Position numbers and translations under genes: made by a program
DNA from: Octopus sinensis
Lineage: Eukaryota
DNA length: 64,000 nt
NCBI RefSeq assembly: GCF_006345805.1
Contig: NC_043002.1
Coordinates: 23,870,001-23,934,000, forward strand
Direction: 5' to 3'
The notes under the pieces: model-generated
What the model saw: only the letters and a program-made list of their open reading frames with translations
Told to the model about the DNA's origin: nothing
The model's database searches: none
Shown: positions 12,577 through 26,260 of the stretch, piece by piece
How positions within the stretch are numbered: the first letter of the stretch is position 1
Layout: every line of letters starts with the position of its first letter

Positions 12577-13372
12577 TTAACAACAAGAACAACAACCACA
12601 ACAACGCGTTTATTGTATGCAGTACTCAAGTGTACTACAACTCGTCGTAAAAGGGCAAAACAGGGAACAGAAAGCAGCAATAAATCAACCAAAAAAATTA
12701 GCAATGAAAGCCAAATGTGCATGCACAGGACAAAATAAAAAAAAACAAAAAGAAAAAGACAAGAAAAAAGCTGTAAGAGAACCACAAAGGAGAAAGGGTG
12801 CACAGGAGTTGTGTCAGTAAATTTTGGGAACCACGGGTTTTTTATGGCTGCAGTTTCCAAATAGATAACATCTGACGCGTGTACTTTTCGGTGTTGTTTT
12901 TTTTCTCCTTACAAACCTATGAAACGATGCATTATCTGTTTCTGAATCACTTCTCGGCTCTCCTTCCCAAGTCCAATGCCATCCTTCATGAATCTACCTA
13001 CAAAACCTCATACTGGAGCATGACAACCAACTTACTTTCGTTACTTGAAGCGCTGTATACGACCATCATCGTGTTTTACTCGTCTCCCTAACTACTTCAA
13101 ATTTTAGGTCCTTCCTGTCATATGTTCTTTCTATATTTCATTCCGAATACACGGTTAACTTAATTATCAGTACATACCAGACAATGCCGTAAGACCAGAA
13201 CTATTTCGTTACTGCCACATGGCTTATGTTATTGTATTGTTGTTGTTGTGGTGGTGGCGGCGGTGTGTGTGTGGTTGTGTGTGCGTGTGTGTGGTTGTGT
13301 GTGCGTGTGTGTGGTTGTGTGTGCGTGTGAGTGGTTGTGTGTGTGTGTGTGTATGTGTGTGTGTGTGTGTGT

Positions 13373-13405
<33 letters not shown>

Positions 13406-14399
13406 CGTCTGCATGTGAAAAACTAGCCATCAATCTACGATGGGTTACAACTTATGTTGCTGCACAGGATAATTGCACAACCCAAACTGGTACAACATGT
13501 GCAGAAACAAATCAATGTGAAAAAAAGAGTTCAACCAATGGTTTCTGAGAGTAGAATAAACTTAGCTCGGCCTTTCGTCCTTTCAGGATCGATAAATAAA
13601 GTACCAGCACCGTACGAGGATCGATTCATCATTCTTTATTTTTGTTTCTTTGATTCTTTCTCTTTCTAGAAGAAACTGCTGTTTTGAAACCCGGAGTGTA
13701 GTAGGCTTCAACAGGTCTGAAATTTTTGTCAAAGACAGATGTGCATCAGAACGACATCCCAATAACTTCATTTGCCACTTATGGCATTAAACAAGGGCCA
13801 GGTAGCGATGTTGAAAGAATATGCTACAAATGAGAGGAGACAGCTACTTTAAGTAATTCAATTCTTTGTACCCCAATCTGTTTATGGACGTTCTTATTGG
13901 ATTTGTTGTATATTTGGTAAACCATTAGTTCAGAAATTTTACATCTAGAGTTGATAAAATAAAAGTAGTAGTTAAGTTAGTATTCTACCAACAAATTCGG
14001 TGAAAGCCATTTATTATGATAACTTCGGATGAAACTTTTTCCGTAAAAATAATCGGCTGATAACATTAAACAAATAACTTTGGGTCCTATTCATTTTGAT
14101 TTTAAATTTTGGCACAAGGCCGGTAATTTCTGGGGAGGATTAAGTCGATTGCATAGACCACGAAGGAATGAAAAGCAAAGTGGATTTCGGTGGTATTAGA
14201 ATTTAGAGCATAAATTCGGAAGCTAATCTTTTTGTCCGACGTGGTAACGATTCTGCCAAAGGGTCCTATAAATTTTGATGGCAATGATCACTTGGTAACA
14301 AGCGATTTCGAGTGTATGTAATTGTGTACCAACATTAGAAATCATTATTATTATTTGTAAAGGTGGTAGAGTTGGTAGAATGTCAGGAGTGGGTGGTGA

Positions 14400-15540
14400 A
14401 ACGAAAGACTCAAACTAAACAGTTGCAAATCTTGCTGTAATCGAAGGCATGGAATTCTGTGGTGTTGAACGATATATCATTGTCATTTATCCAATTTGTA
14501 TATGGCGTCTAGGTTTCGTGGGTGCGTACAGATATTACTTATTTTGATCTTGAGCGTCTCTCTAGTGTCGTCTGCTTGGCTACTGAATGCGGCTTAATTT
14601 ATATTTTTTACTATGTCTGACAACATTATGAGGAACAAAACAGGACTCTGAACGGTGTCATATACCACTTCAATTATCACCACGAACGGGATTCCTATGG
14701 CTTCTACATGATTTCTTTCGGCTTTTTAGAAAATCAGAAATCCAAATACTCACCTTCCTATTATGCCAATGTTTTTCAGATTCCACAGTCGGCCTCATAA
14801 AAGAAATTGGCAAAATTAAAGCATACACAGTCAATCATAAATCCAGAAAACAGACTTTTCAGAGTTTAGTTGTCCTAATGGTAAAAAAACTACCGTGACA
14901 GTGTTTTCAGGGTATTGTTAAAAAGCTTCTATTGGTCTAAACAGTTTATTACCTCTTTTGCTTCTGAGTTTCTCCAGGGCTTTCGAAAAGTATGATGTAA
15001 GTTACACAGGTATGCAATTGTTTATTTGTGCACTATGCTACCTTTACGAGTCCGTATCAGCATTTCTTTCAGCCTTTCTGGTAGTCGTCCATCATCTAAA
15101 TAGCTCTGATTTTTGGAGCAGACCTAGAAGGCTGTCTGGTCTTGGGTTCAAATTTGCGTCTAGATAGCTCTTTGATTTGATGAAATCTTGTTCTGGTTAA
15201 CTTTTTATTCGTTAAGTCGCTGTGAAAAGCCGATGTCTTGTTGAATATATTTGGGTGTTCAACAGATTGTTCATTCCTTAGATGAGAAACGATACTTTCA
15301 TATTGCTCTTTAAGCAGGCAATGCATATGTGAAGGATCTTCCATATACGCCTCATCTTGGTATTGATGCGAACTGATTTTGCTTTCAGAACCAGAAACTA
15401 TCGTGCATAGCGGAAGAAATCTCTCGGATATGATTTTATCCGCTTAAGCATCAAGTGTTCTTTCTATGATCTTTCTTCTTCATAGGAACTCACTAGTGCA
15501 GCATCAATGGTTTTTATTCTAATCTTCTTTTCTAGTTTTA
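14400..15540 (-). mobile_element. Old CR1-clade LINE RT relic
   Basis: Broken translation KSYPRDFFRYAR, MEDPSHMHCLLKEQYESIVS, DGRLPERLKE, SPVLFLIMLSDI, WINDNDISFNTTEF occurs in CR1 motif order. Confidence 0.6.
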
Positions 15541-16155
15541 TCCGTGTGAAAACTGGATTGTTAAGGTCTTATCCGTGTGTATGTGTGTCTGTATGTATGT
15601 TTATTTGTATGCATTTATACTAATATGTGTGTGTATGTCTGTATACTCGCGCGCACACACACACGCACATGTATGCATTTATGTATGTATACATGTATAA
15701 CAAAGAGAGACTGACAGGCAGACAAGCAGAGGCAGACAGAGAGAGAGAATTCGTTATACAAAGAGTGGTACAATAGCAAATCAACAATCGAGACAAATAT
15801 TAATATACATCTGTGGATTAGAATTATTTCTACGTCTCTGAGAAGATAAGCCTAATCCATATATTTACTTTGTTTAATATGTCTCAGCCGTTGATTTGCG
15901 ATTGTATTATTGTTTCTATAACGAATTCTACGTATTACTTTCCAAATTTATTCGTGTGCGTGTGTGGTGCGCGTGCGTGAGTATGCGTTTTGTGTGTTCG
16001 AGTACGTGCGTGTATATGTGAAATGTAGATATATAATATAGAGAACACTTCGTAATACTTGAAACATGAATAATGTAGATAACTCTACAGTTATATGTTT
16101 GAAAGCCTTATTAGTGAATTTTAAATACATACATACACATACAAGCACACACACA

Positions 16156-16193
<38 letters not shown>

Positions 16194-16235
16194 CACATAC
16201 ATACATACACATATATAAGCGTATATATATGTGTA

Positions 16236-16330
<95 letters not shown>

Positions 16331-16679
16331 AATGTGTGTATATATGCATTATATGCATACATACATATATATATAGACATATGCAAACATACAGACATAA
16401 ATATTCACACACACACACGCATATAATTTTGGTTATAGGACGATTTCTGCAGTGAAAGGTCTTCCCACGTCTTAGTGTTAGACATGAGTGCACATACGCA
16501 TGTGTGTGTCTGTTTGCGTATCCATCCATCCATTCATACACACACCAGGATTTTTTCGAAGGGAAGGTACAAGGTCACAAGGAATACAATTCCAGAAGAA
16601 AAGAGCGTAGTAACACTATTTAGAAAGGTGCACTTCCTTTCTTGAGGGCGGCACCCCTCAGCACCGCTCACACACACAC

Positions 16680-17109
16680 ATTCTTTTATTCTTTTAGTCA
16701 TTTGACTGCGGCCATACTGCAGCACCACCTTTAGTCGAACAGATCGACCCCAGGACTTATTCTTTGGAAGACTAGTACTTATTCTATTGGTCTCTTTTGC
16801 CGAACCGCTAGGTTACGAGGACGTAAATACACCAGCATCGGTTGTCAAGCGATGGTGGTGGTGGTGGGGGGACATACACAGATACCCAAACATACATCCA
16901 TACACACAAACACATGCACACACACCCACACACACATATATATATACGACGGGATTCTTTCAGTTTCCATCTACCAAATCCACTCACAACGCTTTGGTCA
17001 GCCTGAGACTATAGTAGAAGACACTTGCCCAAGGTGCCACGCAGTGGCACTGAACCCAGAACCATGTGGTTGGTAAACAAGCTACATACCACACAGCCAC
17101 TCTTGCACC
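16680..17109 (-). mobile_element. SINE family B
   Basis: Reverse-strand head gagtggctgtgtggt...ggttctgggttcagt, ccttgggcaagt core, aaagaataaaagaat tail. The CORE-like ccttgggcaagt recalls CORE-SINEs (inference). Confidence 0.85.
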
Positions 17110-17618
17110 CATATATATAATATTAAATGTCTAGAGAGGTTTGAGTGTACCCGAAATATCTCAAAAATAGTATATTTTTATCTTAATTTTTTTTTTACAT
17201 ATCTATTTTCATATTTACCTTCGGCAATACAGTACAAATTTTTGTGATATTTGGGCTTCTATTTATTAACGAAAAGGATTAAACACAATTCCTGTTTGTT
17301 ATTTCTTGACGAAAAAAAACATGGCTTCCGTGACGTCAACACAGACGCATATAACGAATGTCATGGCTTGATAATCAACACAAACACACGCCCGCTGTCT
17401 GTGACATATACACACACATAGTCTTCACGCTCTCTAAGAAAAAAGAACGTCTCTAAAAAAGGAAAAACCGTACACGATATTTTAATCATTTAGAAATATT
17501 TTAAACTGAATGTGAGTTCAAAAATGTAAGTTGTTTGTACAGTAAGTATTATTTATATTTAAGCTTTCTTTAAACAGACAATATTTTAATGTTTTTTTTA
17601 ATATTATTTTCAAATGAT

Positions 17619-17762
17619 GGCGATCTTTCGCTTTGACTCTCAGAACTGTCATCCGCAGTTCGTTAATTTCCGCAATTTTTTTTTATTTACTTTTGTTTTA
17701 AAGTGAAAGGGAGGAGAAAGTAAAAGATGTATGTATATGTATATGAAATGGACGTGTGTGTG

Positions 17763-17807
<45 letters not shown>

Positions 17808-18181
17808 TAGGAAACGAGAGAGAGAAAACGAGAGAGTGAGTGAAGTGGTGTTTGTCATGTACAGTATACGTGCATACATCAATGCATATGTGTACATCAT
17901 TTTTGCATGTACGTGTGCATGTGCGCGTGTGTGTGAGTGTGTGTGAGAGAGAGAGAGAGAGTGAGTGAACATGTGTTCTCATGTATGTGTAAGTGGCATT
18001 ATCTCTCTCTCTCCCACACACACATACACACACGTCCATTTCATATGCACATTTATATACCTTTTACTTTCTCTCTTTCACTTTAAAACTAAAGTAAATA
18101 AATAACAAATTTTTACGAAAATTAACGAACAAGATCAGCTGATCTGGATGACAGTTCTGGGAGTCAAAACAAAAGATCGCC
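17619..18181. repeat. Imperfect fold-back element, arms about 170 bp
   Basis: ggcgatctttcgctttgactctcagaactgtcatcc... at 17619 is the reverse complement of ...ggatgacagttctgggagtcaaaacaaaagatcgcc ending at 18181. Confidence 0.75.
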
Positions 18182-18238
18182 CCCAAAGGAATACCATTAC
18201 AAAAATTTTTTTGAGTGAATTCAACGTATCTCAATTCC

Positions 18239-18357
18239 AAAGATTTGGCTGTTATTTTTAGCATGACCTGCTACCACGTAACAGCTATTTACGATAAAGG
18301 ACCCGAAATACCTGTTACATGGTAGCAGGGCTTGCAATAAATAGTAGCCAACTCTTT
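18239..18357. ncRNA. Pre-miRNA-sized hairpin (candidate)
   Basis: 18267-18284 pairs with 18312-18329 at 17 of 18 positions. Imperfect pairing extends to about 50 bp, with a 15-nt terminal loop. Confidence 0.3.
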
Positions 18358-18518
18358 CCATTTCTGGGGAAAAGAGCCATTTAAACGTGATTTCGTTGTC
18401 ACGTTCGTTGAAGGCAAGTGAAATAACCCGGAGAAGAAAACTATGAAACAAAACTCCATTGCTGGGAAACTGATACTTTCCAGGTGACCCAACAGGTCAC
18501 TGATAGTCTAGTATATAT

Positions 18519-18549
<31 letters not shown>

Positions 18550-18550
18550 T

Positions 18551-18755
18551 CAAAATGTGACCGCGTGTGTACCGTTGGCGATTTTTTTTCCTCCGTCTTC
18601 CCTTCTCTGGATCTTTCCTTTTCCTATGTTTCTGACGAAGAGCTCCGCTCGAAACGTTAAACCCTCCTTCTTCCCTTCCTTCCTGAGCGTCCAATAATAC
18701 TATATTTGTTCCACGTCCTCGCGTTGTTGTGTTTTGTCTTGGTGTTTTCATGTTA
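18551..18755 (+). mobile_element. Short dispersed repeat carrying a minimal hammerhead-ribozyme motif (18628-18662)
   Basis: gttt-CTGACGA-a-gagc tcc gctc-GAAA-cgtt-aaac. Second copy at 45861-46039. Confidence 0.6.
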
Positions 18756-18761
18756 TATATA

Positions 18762-18842
<81 letters not shown>

Positions 18843-20589
18843 TATTACATCTACACATACACACCTATGTATGTGTGTACGTATGGTGGAAGTTAATTTG
18901 TTCTGAGTTAGATGTCAAACGGTTTTTATAGGGTGAAGAAGAGGCCATTTTAAATCATTCGAGGAGCAATATCATGCACACCTTCACACTGATTGATTGA
19001 TTTATAGAACAATCGCGTGAAACTGTGGTAGTTCACACATGATGCTTAACTGACTATCTTACAGTTGGGGTTCGAATCCATACACTATATTAGTGATAGT
19101 AAGAAACACATTTTTAAATGCATGCGACAAAGTGCTTTTAGCATGCTTTACAATATCTGGCAATCAATTATTTCAAAGTGAACAAAAATGGCGTACTTCT
19201 GGGCCAAAACCTGAACTATGTAGAAAGAGTTTAAAAATCGTTATGATTGTACATTCTCCAGACTAACCATGAGACCTCAAAATGTTTTGTTTGTGAGAAA
19301 AGGACCAAAGAAGAAATTTATTGACACATTCAAATTAATCCTTACTATTGTTGCTCAACGCAGAGTAGGTTTTTCATGTCACTGCTCTCATTCTGAACAC
19401 CCGGCCATACCAGATGTTATATTATGGAGACGTCTGCCCCGTAATAAGAGAAAAACTATTCACCTACTTACATATCGTTGGTTGAGATATGAGTGAAATT
19501 ATGGATTTGATAAAGCTAACGGAGGACAGAGATTCTTCATGAGGGATGGTGAAAAGCATCTTGGCTGCAATCACTTTAAGAAGAATGTTTTGTGTATGAA
19601 TGCATGTTTGTTGTCATATGTGTGTGTGCGCGTACATGTGTGCTTTTGTGTGTGTATGTGTGAGTGTGTGTGTGTGTGTGTGCGTCTGTGTGCATGGGTG
19701 TGTGTCATGCTTGGATTAACAACAGGAATGCTCACTTTGTTATATTGCATTGGGTTTCATACATATTTTTTATTTATTTCTGTTCCGGTTTGTTATTTTT
19801 GTTGTTGCATTACTTTGCTGTCATCGTCACTTTTACTATTGCCGTCATCGTCTGTAGCAATATTGACAATAAGCAGCAGTTGTACCAGCAGTGTTATACT
19901 GGTTGGACAAGTATGAGAATTGGATGTCGTTAGACAAGTCAAAAGTCTTGTTGGTTGAGTCAAAACTTAATTTGTATGTTTCTGAAGATTGGAGCGTACG
20001 TCTCACACTGCATAGGATTCTAACATTGTACAAAAAAGAATTTCACCCAGAATGCAGGGCGTCCATTGCATCTTATACAAAGTGTGTTGAACTTTAAAAT
20101 TATCGTATCTTTCGTGATGCACTGTGTAAAGGGATGTCAAGCAAGCACTGTTAAACCCAACAACTGGAGTCCGACTGTGTAAATCCCTCACTTTTCTCGA
20201 AAATATTTAGCAATTAGATTCATTTTGGGGCATTCTTGGATCATATAGAATATGTATCCTTATTCTCTTGAGCAATATCTAATATTTTGTACTATAAATA
20301 ACTTTCAATTAACACTCCTTTACTAATTACTTTCCATCTACCAAACTGCATTTCACTTGTAGGGATTTGATCTGCAACAGCAAGAATCCTCAAGTGAGTC
20401 ACCAGAGTTTCACATAAAGCTGTGGCATGAAATAGCTCTTCAAATGATCTAAAACTTGCCTCCTCTTTACCCTATAAAAACCGTTTGGTGCCTAACTCAA
20501 ATAGATGGCCTTGACAGACAACCTCAGACATTCATGCAGATGCTCTTGAGTACTCACCTACAATATTCCACAGCTAACCTTCTACAGAC

Positions 20590-20862
20590 AAATTGCAGTT
20601 CTCTCCTTGAAAATACCCTCTTCTCAGAATTGAGGTGGTTTCATGGCAAAGAATTCAACAAGGTATCTTTTTACGTCATCCAAGGAATTGAAATTTTTAC
20701 CATTAAGACTATTCTGCAGAGACCTGAATAAGTGGAAATCCAAAGGAGCAATATCTGGTGAATATGGAGGGTGGGGTAACACATCCCAGCCGAGCTGCAG
20801 CAATTTTTGTCTGGTTCCCAAAGCATCAAGTGCTGAAAATGAACTTTCTTATCTTCCATTTT
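20590..20862 (-). mobile_element. Mariner transposase C-terminal fragment
   Basis: LGWDVLPHPPYSPDIAPLDFHLFRSLQNSLNGKNF contains the YSPDLAPxD motif. Confidence 0.85.
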
Positions 20863-20884
20863 AAAGGGTTACAGAATTAACACA

Positions 20885-21703
20885 GGTTATAGGAACATAA
20901 ACCCTGAGAGAAATGTTGGACATAAGAAACATTGGATGTGGCATGCAAGAGAGACATTTGTGCTGGAATGATCATGTACTATGGATGGATGAGGAGAGAT
21001 GTGTGAAGAAGTGCCACTCCCAAACAGTTGAAGGAATTCGGTGTAGAGGTAGACCCAGGAAGACATGGGATGAGGTGGTCAAGCATGACCTTCGCCCATT
21101 GGGCCTCACAGAGGCAATGACAAAAGACTGAGACTTCTGGAGATATGCTGTGACTGTGAAGACTCGACAAATAAAGTGAGTTCATAGCTGTATTCTACAC
21201 TAGTTTCACATAACCATCTCCAGCCCATTCAAAAGTACCTTGGATTGTAGGAAGACCTGCTGTGCTTACCTTGGATTGTAGGGTGACCTGCTGTGCTTGA
21301 GGAGACCTATTGAATCAAGTAAATCAACATCAAAATAAAAATCAAATGGAAATTGTAGTTGTGGTACCTGTACCGGTGGCATGTAAAAAGCACCATCCAA
21401 ACATGACCGATGCCAGCGTCGCCTTGACTGGCTTCCGTGCCGGTGGCACGTAAAAAGCACCAACCAATTGTGGCCGTTGCCAGCCTCCTCTGACCCCTGT
21501 GCCAGTGCCACGTAAAAAGCACCCACTACACTCACGGAGTGGTTGGTGTTAGGAAGGACATTCAGCTGTAGAAACACTTCTAGATCAGACTGGAGCCTGG
21601 TGCAGCCTCCAGGCTTTACAGACCCAGGTCGAACCGTCCAACTCATGCTAGCATGGAAAAGACGTTAAATGACAATGATGATGATGATGATGATGATGAT
21701 GAT
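20885..21703 (+). mobile_element. RTE-clade LINE 3' end with 3'UTR and (GAT)n tail
   Basis: VEGIRCRGRPRKTWDEVVKHDL...; repeated ggcacgtaaaaagcacc units; (gat)n tail ending at 21703. Confidence 0.85.
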
Positions 21704-23132
21704 GTATATATGTATGTATGTATATATCTATGTGTGCATATCTTTGTGTTGTCACTGCTTGACAACTGGTGTTGGTGTGTTTATGTCCTCTTAGCAATTT
21801 GGCAAATGGGACCAATTGAATAAATATTAGGCTTAAAAAACAATAAATCCTGGTGTTGATTTGTTCAACTAAAACTCTTCAATGTGGTGCCCCAGCATGG
21901 CCACATTCAAATGACTGAAACAAGTAAAAGCAAAAGGGAAAAAATAACTTAATGCATTATTTTTATATGATAACATTAAGTTTGGATTACATAAATAATT
22001 TATACCGCAGTATTATCATTTATTGGATATGATAAGTATAAGCACTTATTTTTTAAAAAGGACAACCCTAAAGACTATCAGAACTGAAGTATAACAAAAC
22101 ATTTAAACTTTACCCGCAGCGTACATAGATTACATTGTGATTATCAGTCTCAGGCTGATATAATAATAATTAAAAATATATATATCTAAATAAGTATATA
22201 TAATAATAAGTACTTGTGGATAACTTGTCATGATTTTTCATGACATGTATGATTCATGTCAGGGTTTTCCATGACATTTTGCATGGTGCAGTCAACATTT
22301 CACGAGATTTATATATTATATTTACATGCATACTATATATATGTGTATGCATGTGTGTGTGTGAGTGCGTACATGCGTGTGTGTGTGTGTGAATGTATGT
22401 ATGTATGCATGCATGTTTGTATGTATGTATGTATGTATGTATGTATCTATATATATGTATGTATATACAGATATATATGTATATATATATATATAAATTA
22501 GCCACCCGCTTTCTTAAATGTAACATGCCTTTGACTACAGCAAACATGTTTAAAGTGGCTGTACTTTCATTCTGCATACCCGGCCCACCCAATGATATCA
22601 CTGATCGAAAGGTTCAATACACTGAATGACCTAAAATAGGAGATACTCACTAGAGTCAAATTCTACATTAGTGACAAGTAAACATGGGGACTGTGTTTTA
22701 CCATGACTACCCTGTTGCTGGTTCAGGGCTGACATGGAATGAAACAATAGCCTCAACCCTCCATAACTGCTACCATCATCTTGATGTCAAACACCAAAAC
22801 TAAGACAACAAATAAGCATCTATATAGCACCTTGATGTATCTGCTAGAAATAAGAACTATATCATCCTTAAATGATACCGTACCGTTTGGAAAGTAGGAT
22901 AATATGTCAGTGCCACGTTAAAAGCACCCAGCACACACTGTTGAGTGGTTGGCATTAGGAAGGGCATCCAGCTGTAGAAACCAAGCTAAATTAGATTGGA
23001 ACCTGGTGCAAATCACCCAGTCTATGCCAGCATGGAAAATGGGTGTTAAAGGACAATGATGATGATGATACATTAATTTGGTAGACAAAAGCTGAAGGAA
23101 GCCCATTGCATACATACATACATACATACATG

Positions 23133-23510
23133 GCACTAGGACGTACAACACATTGCCTAAATGCTAACCTTGAGGAATTAGGCATCTCAAAACCAGAAAG
23201 GAGCAAGTTGATTCAAAGACTACAGATCCAAGCCATCACTGGAACTGTAAAAATATGTAAAGCTTTCCTGAAGTTTATCGTTTAAATAAACATGAACATA
23301 GCTAGATATGCAAGTATATGCATGAGAAGACATACGTAAAACAAAACATACAAGTCTGCATACATACAAACATACATACATACAAACATACATACATACA
23401 TACGTACGTACATATCAAAATACCCTGTTGATGTTGAAATTCTAATGAAGGAGCCTTGGATCTAAGTTAAAACAAGATCTTTATTGACAAGAAATCTTGA
23501 AATAAAACTG
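23133..23510 (+). mobile_element. 3' end of an RLE-type (R4/Dong-like) non-LTR retrotransposon
   Basis: ALGRTTHCLNANLEELGISKPERSKLIQRLQIQAITGTVKICKAFLKFIV* (23133-23285), followed by 3'UTR-like sequence. Confidence 0.55.
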
Positions 23511-23799
23511 AAAATGACATACATACATACTTATATAAATACATGTGTATACATACACATGCGTGTGCATACACACATGCATGCGTGCGCACACACACAC
23601 ACACACACACACATGTATTCATATGTATATATATTGGGTCATCCCATGAATAATGCAGTTTTTTTATGTTTCTTGTATATTTCAAAATTTTGAGAAGGAC
23701 TTAATCGACTTTATATACACACATATATATATATACACACATATATATATATACACACATATATGTACATACATTTGAAAAAATATGTGTATGTATATG

Positions 23800-23862
<63 letters not shown>

Positions 23863-23864
23863 TA

Positions 23865-24272
23865 CTCTCTTACTCTTTTACTTGTTTCAGTCATTTGACT
23901 GCCGCCATGCTGGAGCATCACCTTTAGTCGAGCAAATCGACCCCAAGATTTATTCTTTGTAAGCCTAGTACTTATTCTATCAATCTCTTTTGCTGAACTG
24001 CTAAGTTACGCAGACGTAAATACACCACCATCGGTTGTCAAGTGATGTTGGGGGGACAAATACAGACACACAAACATATACACACATACACATATATATA
24101 CATATATACAACAGGCTTCTTTCAGTTTCTGTCTACCAAATCCACTCACAAGGCTTTGGTCAGCCCGAGGCTAGAGAATAAGACCCTTGCCCAAGGTGCC
24201 ACGCAGTGAGACTGAACCCAGAACCATGTGGTTGGTAAGCAAGCTACTTACCACACAGCCACTCCTACGCCT
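23865..24272 (-). mobile_element. SINE family B
   Basis: Full-length reverse copy from the aggcgtaggagtggctgtgtgg head to the aaaagagtaagagag tail. Confidence 0.9.
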
Positions 24273-26020
24273 ACGTATATATAAAATGTGGTTTTCTTTT
24301 AAGAGTTTTTCATTTCTTAAATACTTTGCCAGCCAAACTAAACAGCAATCATCTGCCCATGAAGTGAGTTATCTCGTGCCAGACACCAGCCTGGTATTTA
24401 CCTCTGTAATATGTGTGTATGCATAAGTGTGTGTGTGTGTGTCTGTGCGCACACGCACATGCATGCGTGTATGTGTGTGTGTGTGAGTTTGTGTGTGCGT
24501 ATGCATGTGCATGTAGATATATATATATATATATACACATACATACATATATGTGTGTGTGTATATGTACACACACATACATATGCACATACATGTGTAT
24601 GCATGTATATATATATATATGTGTCTATATATATATATACACCCACACATCAATAGATACATATACATACACATACAGATGCATTCATGCAAATATACAT
24701 GTTTCTGCATGTGTGTATGTGCATGTGCTTGTACATACACACACGTATATATGTATATATATATATATATATTTATTTATTTATATACACGTATATGTCC
24801 ACATGTGTATGTAAGCAAAAATGTACGTATATATATATGCATTTGTTTGTGTATGTATATATGTGTGCACATGTATGTGTGTACATATATATTAATGATG
24901 TGTGTGTGTGTGTGTCCTTGTGTATGAATATATGCATGATATGTATGTAAATGTGCTATGTGTATACACACACACATAGACAAAGACACTCACCAAAAAT
25001 TTGCCATGTCGGTCTGTGATAAAATTCCCACAGAAAATAACACAGACAACTCAACGGAATGATTGCTGCCTGACATCTACATACAGTTTGCATGAATGTG
25101 TGTGTGTGTGTGTGTGCATAAGTGATGTATCATATGTGAACATATGTATGTCAGTGTGTGTGATATACATGTGTATGTTTATGTGCATATCTGATGTAAT
25201 ACGTATGCGTCTGTGTGCATCTGTGTGCGATATAATATATCTATGTATGCATGAATATGCATGTGTGCATATGTTTGCAATATAATGTATTTAGGCATCT
25301 ATGTACCTGTGTGTATACGTAGATGTGTGTGGGTGTATGTGTGCAGGTGTGTGGGTGTATGTATGCACTAGTGCGTACATGTATGCGCATGTGGGTATGT
25401 GTTCATTATAATTGGCCAATATATGTGTACAGTATATGTGAAAGTCATTTAATATGTGTATGTGTGTTATGCAACATGTGTATATGCGTGTGTGTGTGTG
25501 TGTGTATGTGTGCATGTGAGAGAGAGAGAGACTTAACATGTGTATGTGTAGGTTCTCTCTGCATGTTGTTTATTTGTATCATATTAAATCTATATATGTA
25601 TATGTGTACAAGTATGATATTGTTTGTTTGAATGTGTTTATGGGTGTGTGTGAGGGTTCTATGAGAGTGCATATAATGTTCCATCTACATCTGTATGTGT
25701 ATAACATACATTTTGTATGATGTTGTTTAGCCCTAGGAAACTCATGATGAGAAGCATTCTAAATGTGACTGTCTCCTTGTTTCAAGTGTATCTTAACTGC
25801 ATTATTTGATTCATCCTTTTGTGGTCTAGGACTGCTGCATGTCGACTAAGGGAGATTTGTCTGCTATTTCTAGCAGAACAAGGGATCCCTCATTGGGTCT
25901 ATGTACGTAATGTAGTATTTGTATGTGTATCATCAATTATATGTGTGTTTGCATGTGTGTGAGTGTGTGTGCATATATATATATGTGTGTGTTGTGTGTG
26001 TATATATATATATATATATT

Positions 26021-26260
26021 ATATTAAATTAGAGATTAAACCACTATTAGGCAAATCATACAATGAAAAACTTAAGCCAATACATAAGATTATTTAATTT
26101 ATATTATTTTAAATATATATCAAAATTATTAAAAAAAGATAATTAATTTTAATAATTTTGATATATATTTAAAATAATATAAATTAATTAATCTTATGTA
26201 TTGGCTTAAGTTTTTCAATGTTTGATTTGCCTAATAGTGGTTTAATCTCTAATTTAATAT
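26021..26260. repeat. AT-rich palindrome, 114-bp arms, 12-bp spacer
   Basis: 26021-26134 versus the reverse complement of 26147-26260 differ at about 3 positions. A single-arm fragment lies near 48050-48095. Confidence 0.9.

Noticed and set aside
21360-21530. CRISPR-like spaced repeats (ggcacgtaaaaagcacc)
   Set aside because: Spacers are similar to one another, and the array is part of an RTE 3'UTR in a eukaryote.
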